Of a stretch of DNA of 64,000 nt, positions 38,943 through 48,669 are shown piece after piece (the first letter of the stretch is position 1; the number at the start of each line of letters is the position of its first letter). The stretch comes from Myxococcota bacterium (GTDB lineage: Bacteria > Myxococcota_A > UBA9160 > UBA6930). Where the stretch lies: contig OZ245015.1 in NCBI GenBank assembly GCA_965223705.1, positions 544,001-608,000 of the forward strand, in the 5' to 3' direction. The notes beneath the pieces were generated by a model, which made no database searches, was not told the origin of the DNA, and was given only the letters and a program-made list of their open reading frames with translations. A program made the translations under genes and the position numbers.

Positions 38943-41480
38943 CTAGCCGGCGGGTATCACCGCTGGGACGAAGAAGAAGTCGCCGGACTCGTGGCCCGCG
39001 AATCGGATGGGGGAATACTGGGGTAGCTGCTCGATGGGCGCTTCGTAGGTCACGCGCGCCGAGACTTCCTGGAAGACGCGCTGCGCTTCGAGGATCACGT
39101 CGTTGCTCTCGAGAACTTCGATCAACGCGCGAGCGAAGATCGAGTGCGCGCCGCCCCCGGCATCGAGAACCGGAGCGAGTCCGCCCGAAGTCAGCGCCGT
39201 TCGGGAGCGCTTCGCGGCCATGGTCTCGATCCACTTCACGCGCGCCTGCTCGCTCATCCCCGCTTCCAATCGGGCGAGCGATGAGCGCGTGAGCGCACCG
39301 GAGTAGCACGAGTCTGCGATCACGAGTACGTGGCGCGCGCTCATCGAATTCAACATGTCCGTCAGGGCCACGTTCGAGATCCAGTTCGCCGTGCTGTCGG
39401 CTTCGGCATCGATCGGGAGCCAATGGCCGCGCATGTTCGTCTTGTCGAGCTCGCCGTGACCCGCGTAGTAGATGAGAAGGTTGTCGTCCTCTGTCAGCTC
39501 GCGACGCAGATTGTTGAGTGCGGAAAGCGTCTGGTAGCGATCCGCGTCGTAGATCGTGGTGACCTTGAAGCCGTACTTGTCGCGCAGCAGACCCGAGACC
39601 ACCTTGGCGTCGTTGCGCGCGGTGTCGAGGGTCGGCAGCGACCGATACGCATTGTTCCCGATGACGAGCGCGTGGTAGTTGCCGAAGTTGATCGGCGGAA
39701 GCTTCGGTCGATCGGGTGCGGCGGCTACCGCCGGCGGTTCAATGGTGCGGACGCCGCTGGCCTGCACCAGGAAGTTCCGCGAGGCGCGTTTGCCGAGTTC
39801 ATCGATCGCGACGATGCGGACATCCGTGCCGTTCTCTCCCACCGGGAGCTCGCGTTCGAAGATGCCGTGCGCCGTCACTTCGATCGCCTTGTCATTGAGT
39901 GTCACGGAATACAAACCCGCGGGCGCTTCCACGCGTCCCACGACCCGTTGCACGTCGGAGGTCGCCATAAATACGGGTCGGATGCCACGCGTCATGCGAA
40001 GGGGGGGCTCGATGATCTGGATCGACGGCCCGGCGATCTCTTCGCCTTCGCCGCTCGCCGGTTTCGCCAGTTGTGCGACTTCGACCTTGCGGGCTTCCGC
40101 CTGATCCCGGAGTCGCTTGATCTCTTGGTCGAGGGCCGCGAGTTCTGCGCTCTTCGCTTCGAGCGCCGCCTCGCGCTCGGCGACGCGTTGTTCACGGGCT
40201 GTCACGGCTTCCCCGCGATCGCCCATCGCCTCCTCTGCGGCCTCGAACTCCGCTTCGAGCCGGGCGAGGTTCGCTTCGCGCTCCGCGAGCTCCCGCCGTT
40301 GCGCCTCGCGGGCCCGGTCGAGCTCAGCGCGCTGCGCGCCGAGCTCAGCGCGCTCCGACTCGAGTGTCGCGGCGGAAGCTGCCAGCGCTTCGCGTTCCGA
40401 ACCGAGCTTGTGTCGCTCCGCGGCGAGCGCTTCGCTCGCGGCGGCATTGGCCTCGCCTGTGCGCTCGCTTTCGCCGAGAGCGCGCTCTCGACGATCGAGC
40501 TCCTCGGCGCGAGCCGCAAGCCGAGCGCGCTCCTGCGACACGGCGTCGTCCCGCGCGCCGAGCTCCGCTTCGCGTCGGTCGAGTTCGCTCTGCCGCACGG
40601 ACGTGTCGTCGTTGGCTTCCCGTTCGAAAGCTTGAACCGCGGCGCGCTCCTCGGTCAGGCGGCGCTCTCGCTCTGCGATATCGCGTTGCTGCTCGGCGAG
40701 CTCGCGCTTGCGCGCTTCGAGCTCTGCGCGCTCCACGGCGAGTGCGTCTCGTTCGCGTGCCGCTGCGGCCTCATCATTCGAGAGCCGAGCGCGCGATTGC
40801 GACAGCTCCCCCTCGAGACGACTGATCTCCGAGCGCATTTCCGTGCGATCGCGCTCGCTCTCGGCGAGTTCTGCGCGAAGACTCGCGAGCTGCGTCGTCT
40901 CCCCCGGCGCCGAAACGAACGCGACGTCGGTGCCTTCGAGACCCGAGGCTCGGCGGTACCACGACACTGCGGTCTCCATGTCGGCGGGTACGCCGAGTCC
41001 GCGTTCGTAGAGCTGGCCGAGATTGACCTGCGCCGCGGCGTGGCCCTGCTCAGCAGATTTCCGGTACCAGGTCGCGGCGGCTTTGTAATCGGGTGCCGTG
41101 CCGAGCCCGCGCTCGTAGATCTCGCCGACGTAGTTCTGGGCGACGGGGTCGCCGCTCTCCGCGGACTGCTGCCAAACGCGCAGTGCCGTGCGGTAGTCCG
41201 CCCGGTCGTAACTCACGTATTCGCCGCCGCGGATCTCGCAGTCGAGGCCCGTGGTCTTCACGGGCTTTCGGGGGGCTAGGTAGGTGACCTTGCGCCCCAT
41301 CTTGCGGACCCGCGCGGGCAGGAGACAATCGACGACGAGGAGGTCGTCGGGGTCCTGCACGGCGGCCACGGGGTTCGGCGCGGCATGGGCCTGGGGTAAA
41401 CCTGCGATGAGAACAAGCAGCAGCAACGCGAGCGCGCGGCGCAGGACGGTGGCGTCCCGGCCTAGGGGTGCGGCAAGCAT
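38943..41480 (-). CDS. Exported Sel1-repeat / coiled-coil / caspase-like (peptidase C14) protein
   Basis: Signal-like N-terminus; Sel1 repeats (AQNYVGEIYERGLG, AQVNLGQLYERGLGV); long E/R/A coiled coil; YHALVIGNNAY; catalytic YYAGHG and IADSCYSG. Confidence 0.9.
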   Translation of the reverse strand: MLAAPLGRDATVLRRALALLLLVLIAGLPQAHAAPNPVAAVQDPDDLLVVDCLLPARVRKMGRKVTYLAPRKPVKTTGLDCEIRGGEYVSYDRADYRTALRVWQQSAESGDPVAQNYVGEIYERGLGTAPDYKAAATWYRKSAEQGHAAAQVNLGQLYERGLGVPADMETAVSWYRRASGLEGTDVAFVSAPGETTQLASLRAELAESERDRTEMRSEISRLEGELSQSRARLSNDEAAAARERDALAVERAELEARKRELAEQQRDIAERERRLTEERAAVQAFEREANDDTSVRQSELDRREAELGARDDAVSQERARLAARAEELDRRERALGESERTGEANAAASEALAAERHKLGSEREALAASAATLESERAELGAQRAELDRAREAQRRELAEREANLARLEAEFEAAEEAMGDRGEAVTAREQRVAEREAALEAKSAELAALDQEIKRLRDQAEARKVEVAQLAKPASGEGEEIAGPSIQIIEPPLRMTRGIRPVFMATSDVQRVVGRVEAPAGLYSVTLNDKAIEVTAHGIFERELPVGENGTDVRIVAIDELGKRASRNFLVQASGVRTIEPPAVAAAPDRPKLPPINFGNYHALVIGNNAYRSLPTLDTARNDAKVVSGLLRDKYGFKVTTIYDADRYQTLSALNNLRRELTEDDNLLIYYAGHGELDKTNMRGHWLPIDAEADSTANWISNVALTDMLNSMSARHVLVIADSCYSGALTRSSLARLEAGMSEQARVKWIETMAAKRSRTALTSGGLAPVLDAGGGAHSIFARALIEVLESNDVILEAQRVFQEVSARVTYEAPIEQLPQYSPIRFAGHESGDFFFVPAVIPAG

Positions 41481-42303
41481 GGGGAGATCCTCCGCTCGAA
41501 AGGCAAGACTCGGGCTCTCAGCGCTGCTCGGTCTCGCAATTTGGGCCCTGGGTTGTGCCGCGCCGGCGAAGCGTTTCGACGCGACGGCCCGGGACCTCGG
41601 TTTCACACGAGAAGTCGTCCGAGGCACCCGTTTCGATCACATAGTTTACCACCGGCGCCGAAAACCCTCGGAGGGGACGCTCCACATCTACCTCGCGGGC
41701 GACGCCGATCCGAGGCGCGCGACGCGTTGGTTCCCACCGGATCCGACCCCAGGGGGGCTCCCCCTTTTCCTGATGGCCTCGGATCCCGGACCGAGTCTTC
41801 TCCTCGGACGCCCGTGCGCCCACGACGCGACGCGCTGCGACGAGGTCGCGCCCTGGACGAGCGCCCGCTACGGCGAGGCCGTCGTCGAGAGTCTCGGCGC
41901 GGCGATCGATAGCTTGGAGCCCGCGACGGGTGACCGCGGTGTCGTGTTGATCGGTTACAGCGGCGGCGGGACGCTCGCGATGCTCGTGGCGGAGCGGCTC
42001 GCCCAGGTGCGTCGCGTGGTGACGCTGGCGGGCAACCTCGACACGGCGGCCTGGGTCGGCCACCACGGCTTCCCCGGGCTGCCGGATTCACTCAACCCCG
42101 CCGAGCGGCCCCCGCTCTCGGTCCCTCAACTGCACCTCGTCGGCGAAAACGACAAGGTCGTCCCGCCCCATTTGGGGCGAACTCTTTGGGAACGTCAGCC
42201 GAACGCGGAAGTGCGCCGGCTTCCCGGCGTCGATCACACCTGCTGCTGGGAGCGCGTTTGGCCCGCCGTCGCTCGCGAGCTCCGCGAAACACCGGCCCGC
42301 TAG
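41479..42303 (+). CDS. Alpha/beta hydrolase, probable lipoprotein
   Basis: Lipobox-like ALGC, LIGYSGGG (GxSxG), DKVVP, DHTCCW. Confidence 0.82.
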   Translation: MGRSSARKARLGLSALLGLAIWALGCAAPAKRFDATARDLGFTREVVRGTRFDHIVYHRRRKPSEGTLHIYLAGDADPRRATRWFPPDPTPGGLPLFLMASDPGPSLLLGRPCAHDATRCDEVAPWTSARYGEAVVESLGAAIDSLEPATGDRGVVLIGYSGGGTLAMLVAERLAQVRRVVTLAGNLDTAAWVGHHGFPGLPDSLNPAERPPLSVPQLHLVGENDKVVPPHLGRTLWERQPNAEVRRLPGVDHTCCWERVWPAVARELRETPAR

Positions 42304-43709
42304 AACTGGTACCGCAGCCCGCCGCTCAGGGTGTAGAGGTCGACGGAGCGGAGTCCCAGCACGGTCTCGAAATCGATGAAAAAGGACAGTCCGCCCGAGA
42401 GCGCTGCGGCGATTCCCGCCGCCACGTTCGCGTAGGTCCGATCCGGCCCGTGGGCGCGGAACGTGAACCCGTTCTGGTTCGGGTCCGCGACGAAGGTCGC
42501 CCTCAAATCACGGCCGTCGTCTCCGTATTCCTGCTCCCACTCGGCCCGGATGTACGGCGTGAGCACGCCGAAGCTCGTCGACAGCGCATACCGAATCGAG
42601 AGACCCACGTCGCTCGTGAGCGAGCGCACCGTTTGATCGTCGAAGTCGAGGCGCAACGCACTGGCGATGCCGGAACCGCTTTCCGTGTAGCCGTCGATGT
42701 CGAGGTGGGTGTAGTTCACGCGAACGTAGGGTTCGATTTCCCAAGCGCCGCGGTTGATCGCGTAACCCGCGCCGACGCTGACCGCGATTTCGTCTCCGTC
42801 CGTATCGCCGGACAAGGTCCCGGTTACCGGCGCTGCGGAAGCCAGCGCGTACGCGATATCGCGGTCGAGGTCGTAATCGATGTCGGCGTAGCTGATCACG
42901 CCGTCGACGTACCAGCGCTCCATCTGATAGCTGGCGTAAGCGGAGAGGTGCAGCGCCTCCTTGTCGAGGTCACCGGCGCTGTCGTCAAAGTCGAACGTCG
43001 ATTCCGAATAACCGATCGAGATACCGGCCGCCGTCGCGTCGGAAAAGCGGTAGTCGACGCCGCCCACGATGCCGTAGGCGTCTTCGATATCGAAGCCCGC
43101 CTCTTCTTCGGTTTGATCGTAGTCGCCCCACGACCCGAGTCCTGTCACCCAGACGCCGATCCGATCGCCCAACAGGCCGCTTACCGGGTCGTCGCCGGCG
43201 GCAAACCGCTCGGCGAAAGCGACTTCGAGATCCTCGCCGCGCAGCGAGTCCCCGTCCGCGTCGCGCAACGTCAGGCCCGCGAGTTGGATGCCGCGGTGTC
43301 CGTCGCGCAACGCGATCAGTCGGCCCTTCATGAGGTCGATGTTCGTCGCGGTGGTTTCCGTCGAGGCGGCGCGCGTCGCCGACAACTCGTCGAAAGCGAC
43401 ATTCGAGTAGCCGATGTTGCGTTCGGCATCGCTCAGGCCGGTGGGATCATTTCCCAGGGTGCCGTCGCCGTCGAAATCGTTGACGACCATTTCGGTGCAC
43501 AGACCGGAGAGTCGCTCCGTTTCATTCGCCGAATTTCGATTCGGCGTCGCTCCGAGAAAAGGGCACACGGAGAAAATGAACTCCTCCCCCTTCTGGGGGA
43601 CGATGGACTGGAGCGAATCGTCGATCGGTGACTGCGCCAGCGCTTGACCGCTGCCGAAGAGCACCATCGAGAGTGCGAACGCAATGAGTAGCTTGGCCTT
43701 GACGTACAT
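42300..43709 (-). CDS. Autotransporter beta-domain outer-membrane protein with short passenger
   Basis: Signal peptide ..QALA|Q; GVDYRFSD, IDGYTESG, PYIRAEWEQEY, C-terminal GLRYQF. Confidence 0.88.
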   Translation of the reverse strand: MYVKAKLLIAFALSMVLFGSGQALAQSPIDDSLQSIVPQKGEEFIFSVCPFLGATPNRNSANETERLSGLCTEMVVNDFDGDGTLGNDPTGLSDAERNIGYSNVAFDELSATRAASTETTATNIDLMKGRLIALRDGHRGIQLAGLTLRDADGDSLRGEDLEVAFAERFAAGDDPVSGLLGDRIGVWVTGLGSWGDYDQTEEEAGFDIEDAYGIVGGVDYRFSDATAAGISIGYSESTFDFDDSAGDLDKEALHLSAYASYQMERWYVDGVISYADIDYDLDRDIAYALASAAPVTGTLSGDTDGDEIAVSVGAGYAINRGAWEIEPYVRVNYTHLDIDGYTESGSGIASALRLDFDDQTVRSLTSDVGLSIRYALSTSFGVLTPYIRAEWEQEYGDDGRDLRATFVADPNQNGFTFRAHGPDRTYANVAAGIAAALSGGLSFFIDFETVLGLRSVDLYTLSGGLRYQF

Positions 43710-43757
43710 CTCCGGTGATTCCTTCCCTGAATCGAGCCGCAACGGCGGCCCAGTGTA

Positions 43758-45779
43758 CTAAGAACGGGGCATGCTGCGAAGCGGCACGCGATCGATCGCC
43801 CAGCCGGCGGGCCGAGGCGCTGCGGGCCCCGAGCCGATGTGCTCGAGAAGCGATTCGACCCAGCTCGTACTGCGTGTTCGGCGGGCTTCTCCCACGAGCA
43901 CGGTCGGGTCGTCGATCGGGTCCTCGGTCGACAGCAGCACGAGTGTGTCGGTTCCAAAGGGCGGAGCGACTTCGATCCCGGTGCGTCCCAAAGGAACAAG
44001 AGGCGGGGGAACTTCGTCCGCCGATACGGGAACCCGGTTTCCCACATTGCCGGATTCTGCGCGGGGAAAGAGCAGGGCGCGCTCGCCGTACCCGTCGACC
44101 ACGAAAACGTAGACGTAGCGCTGTTCGACGCTGGACGTTTCGACATCGTTTCGGCGCTGCAGCATCAACTCGAAACGGTCGCCTTCGAAGACCACGCCAC
44201 CCGGAATGACGCGGCCCGCCGAGGTGTCCCGCAAGACCAGGCGGTAGGGGAAGGCCGAAGCGTTTTCGGGGGATTCGAGCAGCAGCCAGTTTCGCGCGAC
44301 AGCCAAGCGTCGGGCGTTCTCCGCGAGGAGCGCCGCTGCATTCGGCGCGGTCTCGGGAATTCCGGCCCCACGGGGCGGGAGCCCCGACGCTTCGCCCGTC
44401 CGCCGCTGCCAGTGAAGCTCCGGCGCCGGCCCGGAGTGGTCTGCGGCGAGGACGTAGTGGGCCTGCGCTTCGGAAACGAGCTCGACCCCGGGAACCGATG
44501 GGATCGAGTGGGCGAGCTCTTGGCGAAGCGTCGGCGGAACCAGTGCGGGCAGCGCGACCTGGAGGGCGCCGCCGGTCGGGTGCGCCCAGCGGACCACGCG
44601 AAACAGCGTGCCGGTTCGGACCGCCTCGGGATCTCCGGCAAGAACCCGTGCCGTCGAGCGATTCAAGCCGCTCACCTGTTCGACCTGTATGCGGACGCTG
44701 GTTTCTTCGGAGACGAGCTCGCTACCGCGAAAAATGCCGGCCGCGGTGCCCGCTCGGAGAACCACCGAGTCGCCGTCCGCCGGTCCCAACGCTGCGAAGT
44801 GCCGTCCCGGGCGTGCGGTTGCGGGCGCGGCCCCGAAAAGCGCGCGTTCCCGTCGCTCGAGGGAGCCCGCCAGCACGGGTGTTTGCACGTTGTGCCCGCT
44901 GCCGAGCAGGGCGCGCGTTCGGGCGAAGAGCTTCGACACAGGCTCGTCAGCCGGGGCCTGCCCCAGGGCCTCGAACAGGGCAACGCTGAAGGCCCCGTGG
45001 TATTCGCCGCTCGCGTCGCGGGATTCTCGGGCGAGCTCACCGTCGGAGGTCGCCGCCAAGACGAGCGCACCGCGCTCCTCCGGTGCTCCTCGGGGGTCGA
45101 AGGGCGGCGTCGCGGCTCCCGCCTCGGCTTCGTAGCGGGGGGGAAGCGTCCGCACGTCTTCTACCGCGTGGAAGCTTCGAGTGGCCGAGCCGCTGTGACA
45201 GCTGTCGAGAATCACGACGAGCTCGGCGCCGCGATCGAGGACGTCGTTGAACAAGCTGCGGAGCTCTTTGTCCCGGATGTCCGCGGCGCCGCGATTCGCG
45301 TCGGCCGGCACGATCGTTTCGTCGAGGAGGTCCGCTTCGGTAGACGCCGCGTTCCGCAACTGTGAGCCGTGCCCCGCGAAGTAGAACAAGTTGACGTCGC
45401 CCGGGCCCGAAGCCTCGATCAGATGCTCGCGTATGGCGTTGAGGATGCCGTCGCGGGTGGCTTCGCCGTCGGTCAGTACACGAACGGACTCGCTCGGAAA
45501 CCCAAACCGTCCTTGTAGGATCGCCCGGAGCGCTTCGGCATCGTTCACCGCGCCGCGGAGATCGACCCAACTCGCGGAGGCTTTCGCCCGCCCGCGCGTC
45601 ACAGCGACCGCGCCGGCTTCCGGTCTGTAGCGGTCGATGCCCACCAAGAGCGCGCGTTGTGCGCCGGCGGCAGCGTCGGCGAAGCAACAGATGGCGAGGG
45701 CGGCGAGGAGCCAAAGGGTCGGCCGACGCCGCGCCTTGTGCACAACGTCGGCCGACCGATGGTGGGAGTTTCGGATCAC
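43758..45779 (-). CDS. Exported caspase-like (C14) protease with C-terminal DUF4384-like domain
   Basis: Signal-like N-terminus; RALLVGIDRY, LRGAVNDA, FYFAGHGS, ILDSCHSG, HGAFS; C-terminal YVYVFVVDGYG..LLFP..PPFGTDTLVLL. Confidence 0.88.
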   Translation of the reverse strand: MIRNSHHRSADVVHKARRRPTLWLLAALAICCFADAAAGAQRALLVGIDRYRPEAGAVAVTRGRAKASASWVDLRGAVNDAEALRAILQGRFGFPSESVRVLTDGEATRDGILNAIREHLIEASGPGDVNLFYFAGHGSQLRNAASTEADLLDETIVPADANRGAADIRDKELRSLFNDVLDRGAELVVILDSCHSGSATRSFHAVEDVRTLPPRYEAEAGAATPPFDPRGAPEERGALVLAATSDGELARESRDASGEYHGAFSVALFEALGQAPADEPVSKLFARTRALLGSGHNVQTPVLAGSLERRERALFGAAPATARPGRHFAALGPADGDSVVLRAGTAAGIFRGSELVSEETSVRIQVEQVSGLNRSTARVLAGDPEAVRTGTLFRVVRWAHPTGGALQVALPALVPPTLRQELAHSIPSVPGVELVSEAQAHYVLAADHSGPAPELHWQRRTGEASGLPPRGAGIPETAPNAAALLAENARRLAVARNWLLLESPENASAFPYRLVLRDTSAGRVIPGGVVFEGDRFELMLQRRNDVETSSVEQRYVYVFVVDGYGERALLFPRAESGNVGNRVPVSADEVPPPLVPLGRTGIEVAPPFGTDTLVLLSTEDPIDDPTVLVGEARRTRSTSWVESLLEHIGSGPAAPRPAGWAIDRVPLRSMPRS

Positions 45780-46318
45780 TAGTTCGCCTTGCGGAACTGT
45801 ACGCGTCGGTTCTTCGATGCCGTGGGCTTCACCTCGGGCAGCGGCGTGTCTTCGCCGCGACCCACGGTGACGAGCCGAGCCGGGTCGATCTGGTGCGACT
45901 TCACCAGGTAGTTCCGGACGGACGCCGCGCGAAGCTCGGAAAGTCGCTGGTTGTAGGTCCGCTCGCCGATCGCATCGGTGTGGCCCTCGATCACGAGTTT
46001 CTCGTTCTTCGCCTGCTCGGTGCGCAGGGCCTGGCCGAGCTGATCGAGGAAGGGCTGGGATTCCGCGAGGATCTCCGCCGAATCAAAACCGAAGCGCACC
46101 TGGAACCCGATGGTCTGGGGCGGCGTGGGCGCAGGCGCGTCCTTCATCACGATCGACCGCGTCTTGTAGGCCGGCGCTGCGGCGGGGAACAGGCGGTCCG
46201 CCAGTTCCTGGGCCGACGGGGTCGAGCCCTCGATCATGTGTACCTCTTCGGCGGAGGCGGTATTCGCCGCGAGGATCAGCGCGGCACCTGTCAGCAAGAC
46301 TCGAAGCAATCCAAACAT
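45779..46318 (-). CDS. OmpA C-terminal-type peptidoglycan-binding protein
   Basis: Signal peptide; FGFDSAEI, IEGHTDAIG..YNQRLSELRA, NRRVQF. Confidence 0.92.
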   Translation of the reverse strand: MFGLLRVLLTGAALILAANTASAEEVHMIEGSTPSAQELADRLFPAAAPAYKTRSIVMKDAPAPTPPQTIGFQVRFGFDSAEILAESQPFLDQLGQALRTEQAKNEKLVIEGHTDAIGERTYNQRLSELRAASVRNYLVKSHQIDPARLVTVGRGEDTPLPEVKPTASKNRRVQFRKAN

Positions 46319-46348
46319 GTTCAATTCTCCTTGGGCCAGGGGCCTTGG

Positions 46349-47875
46349 TTATTGCGAGACGTCGATCCCGAGGCGGCCCACCGTGAGCCCCTTCGGATCG
46401 ATCGCTTCAAAATGTCCCAACAATTCGTTCAAGTTCGCGACGGGAAGCGGCTGTAGGTCGCCGCCCTTGAGCTCGGACGGGAGATGCAGTCCGAGCTCGC
46501 GGTCGGAAGCGACGCACGCGATCTCTTCCCGCGTGTTCGGTCGTTCGAACAAGATGGTGAACGGAGCATCGCGAGACGGAACCTCGACGAAGCGCTTGCC
46601 GCCCACGTAGGAGTTCGGCTGGAAGCGGTTCGGAAAGATCCGCGCCACGTGACCGCCCGCATCGGCGTAGTAGCAGTAGACGTACGCGCTGTCCGAAGTC
46701 TCCACGGTCATGCGGAACTCTTCGCCGACTTTGTAGGTCGGGTTCGCGCCCCGCTCGTTCAGCATCTTGAGCGTCAACGGTTCGCGCGCCGCAAGCTTCT
46801 CAGGAGTCGGCACCGAGCCAGTGTCTTCGAGGCTCGGCGGACCGGCGGCGACCTGGTAGTCCGCGCCGAGAAGCGTCCGATAGAGGTCGAAACCCACGCG
46901 ACCCGTCGGCACGAGGTTATTCTCGGTTTCGAACCGTGCGATGGCTTTGCGGGTGGCGCCGTCGAGCGTTCCGGCGCTTTCTCCCTCGAGATAGCCGCCG
47001 GCGACGAGTGCGCGCTGCACGAAGAGCAAGCGCTGCTTGTCCGACATGCTGGCGTACCAGTCGCGAATCTCCGCCAACACCTCGGGGTGCGTGGACTCGA
47101 TCTGCAAGCACTCCCAGTACGGCACGCGGGCGAGCTTGCCGAGGAGCTCGATCGCGCCGAGCTCGACCAACGTACGAACGGCTTGGTGCATGCCTTCGCT
47201 GCGGTCGATATCGATGCTGAAGGAAATGCCGACTTTTTCGATCAACCCGGCGAGATCCGCGCCCTTGCCCTTGCGGCGCACGGCCAAGCGGTTGCTCGCG
47301 GTGAGCCCGGGAACGACGCGCTTCGAGGGGTACTGAACGATGTTCATGTCGAGTGCCAACACCGAGGCGGTATTCGTTGCCGCCGCGGACGCGTCACCCG
47401 AGAGATCGTCGTTGTCGTAGGAAAGGCCGCCGCCGATCGAGTTGTCTTCGACGTTTCGATCGAGCTGCGTGATCGCGCCGCGAATATAGAAGTGCGGCAG
47501 GTTCTGATTGACCGGAAGCTCGGCCTGTTTCCCGATCGTGTCGAGATAGATGATCTGCTCCTGGTACTGCAGATCCAGATAGGAGAAGGCCTGGCTTCGC
47601 ATGGTCATCCGGGAAACGGCCGACATCAGCATGTCGTCGGTACCGGCGGCGACCTTGCCCGTCGCGTCCGGGATGCCGATCGACGTGATGCGGAAACCGC
47701 GCACGCCGTTTGCCACGAACATCTGGTCCATGCACGTCAGCGACTCGCTGAAGCTCGTCATCGACCGGACCGCCTGGGTCTTCGGTACGGACGTGATGTA
47801 GGGATCTTCGGGGATGGTCTTACAGGCGACCAGCCCGAGACAAAGCGAAAGAACGAGTAGAGCTTTAGCAGCCAT
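46349..47875 (-). CDS. CsgG/HfaB-family lipoprotein fused to PG-binding and DUF4384 domains
   Basis: Lipobox LVAC; SFSESLTCM, IPDATGKV, FYIRGAITQLDRN, LALDMNIV, EGMHQAVRTLVE (CsgG/HfaB pattern); VQRALVAGGY..TRKAIARFE..NNLVPTG (PG_binding_1); YKVGEEFRMTV..AYVYCYY..IFPN (DUF4384). Confidence 0.8.
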   Translation of the reverse strand: MAAKALLVLSLCLGLVACKTIPEDPYITSVPKTQAVRSMTSFSESLTCMDQMFVANGVRGFRITSIGIPDATGKVAAGTDDMLMSAVSRMTMRSQAFSYLDLQYQEQIIYLDTIGKQAELPVNQNLPHFYIRGAITQLDRNVEDNSIGGGLSYDNDDLSGDASAAATNTASVLALDMNIVQYPSKRVVPGLTASNRLAVRRKGKGADLAGLIEKVGISFSIDIDRSEGMHQAVRTLVELGAIELLGKLARVPYWECLQIESTHPEVLAEIRDWYASMSDKQRLLFVQRALVAGGYLEGESAGTLDGATRKAIARFETENNLVPTGRVGFDLYRTLLGADYQVAAGPPSLEDTGSVPTPEKLAAREPLTLKMLNERGANPTYKVGEEFRMTVETSDSAYVYCYYADAGGHVARIFPNRFQPNSYVGGKRFVEVPSRDAPFTILFERPNTREEIACVASDRELGLHLPSELKGGDLQPLPVANLNELLGHFEAIDPKGLTVGRLGIDVSQ

Positions 47876-48200
47876 CGCGGTTGAATCCTCGGTTGATGTT
47901 GATGACGTCGCCGTCGATGACAACTTCGATCTCGTCGGGCACGTCGTTCTTGCCAGGACCGGTGAAGACGCTGCCGATCGACAGGCTACCGGTGCAGTTC
48001 ACAATATCGCCTCGGTGATAGAATTTTCCGGGCTCCTGCTCCTCGGGAACGATCGTTTCGCCCGCGACGCTGGCTTTGTGCATCTTGCGGAGATGCGAAG
48101 CCTTCACGCGGGGCTTGTTGAAATCGTTCGCCAACGCGGTGTGCGCCGGCACGAAGGAGAGGCCGAGTGCGAGTAGCAACAGGGTGTTCGTGATCTTCAT
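47865..48200 (-). CDS. Small secreted protein overlapping the start of the CsgG-like gene (candidate nucleator/adaptor)
   Basis: Signal peptide ..TALA|N; CTGSLSIGSV and EIEVVIDGDVINI; terminal Cys; SD-like GAGGGAG upstream. Confidence 0.75.
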   Translation of the reverse strand: MKITNTLLLLALGLSFVPAHTALANDFNKPRVKASHLRKMHKASVAGETIVPEEQEPGKFYHRGDIVNCTGSLSIGSVFTGPGKNDVPDEIEVVIDGDVININRGFNRDGC

Positions 48201-48242
48201 GGTGTAGCTCCCTCGGTCCTTATTGTGGACCAACTGGTTGAG

Positions 48243-48269
48243 AGTCGCGCCTTCTCTTGTCCTGGATCA
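48243..48269 (-). promoter_or_regulatory. ECF-type promoter motif copy 3 (upstream of the export operon)
   Basis: TGATCC-aggacaagagaaggcg-CGACT. Confidence 0.8.
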
Positions 48270-48518
48270 CCGAGAAGTCGGGAAATCGCTCGTATCCTCG
48301 GGAACCTGCTGGACTTCGGTGTCCGCGCGATCGCCCAAGGGGCAGAGCTCGGTCGGCGAGTCGATCGGCAAGCTCGGTACGGCTTCGAAAGACACGGTTT
48401 CGCAGTACGTGATCTCGATGGGATCGTCGACGTCCGCATCGCTGAGCGCAAACGCCGGTACGGTCGTCGTGAAGTCGAGGAAGAAGAGGGCGGTCAGCAG
48501 AAGTCGTTGTCGTTTCAT
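48267..48518 (-). CDS. Small acidic secreted protein (83 aa, 2 Cys)
   Basis: MKRQRLLLTALFFLDFTTTVPAFA signal-like segment; own promoter motif and GAGG SD. Confidence 0.55.
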   Translation of the reverse strand: MKRQRLLLTALFFLDFTTTVPAFALSDADVDDPIEITYCETVSFEAVPSLPIDSPTELCPLGDRADTEVQQVPEDTSDFPTSR

Positions 48519-48547
48519 CGGATGCCTCGGGTGCGTTGTTGATGAGG

Positions 48548-48574
48548 AGTCGACGGCGGGGGCTTCTCGGATCA
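48548..48574 (-). promoter_or_regulatory. ECF-type promoter motif copy 4
   Basis: TGATCC-gagaagcccccgccgt-CGACT. Confidence 0.8.
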
Positions 48575-48585
48575 CCGAACGCGAA

Positions 48586-48630
48586 GAAAAACGGGGTGCG
48601 GCGCCGACTCTGCGGGGGAGTCGACGCCGC
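48586..48630 (-). terminator. Hairpin / possible weak terminator after paralog 5
   Basis: GCGGCGTCGACTC..GAGTCGGCGCCGC on the minus strand; U-tract displaced by ~6 nt. Confidence 0.5.
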
Positions 48631-48669
48631 GGGGGAAGCCACGGCGTGGCTTCCAGGGCTCGTGTTTAT

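Noticed and set aside
45752..45778. An eleventh promoter copy at the caspase start (TGATCC, minus strand)
   Set aside because: The sequence 16 nt downstream is GTCGG, not CGAC
38943..45779. Caspases as an anti-phage or cell-death system
   Set aside because: Both have signal-like N-termini, and no gasdermin, NLR/STAND, TIR or CRISPR type III partner is visible
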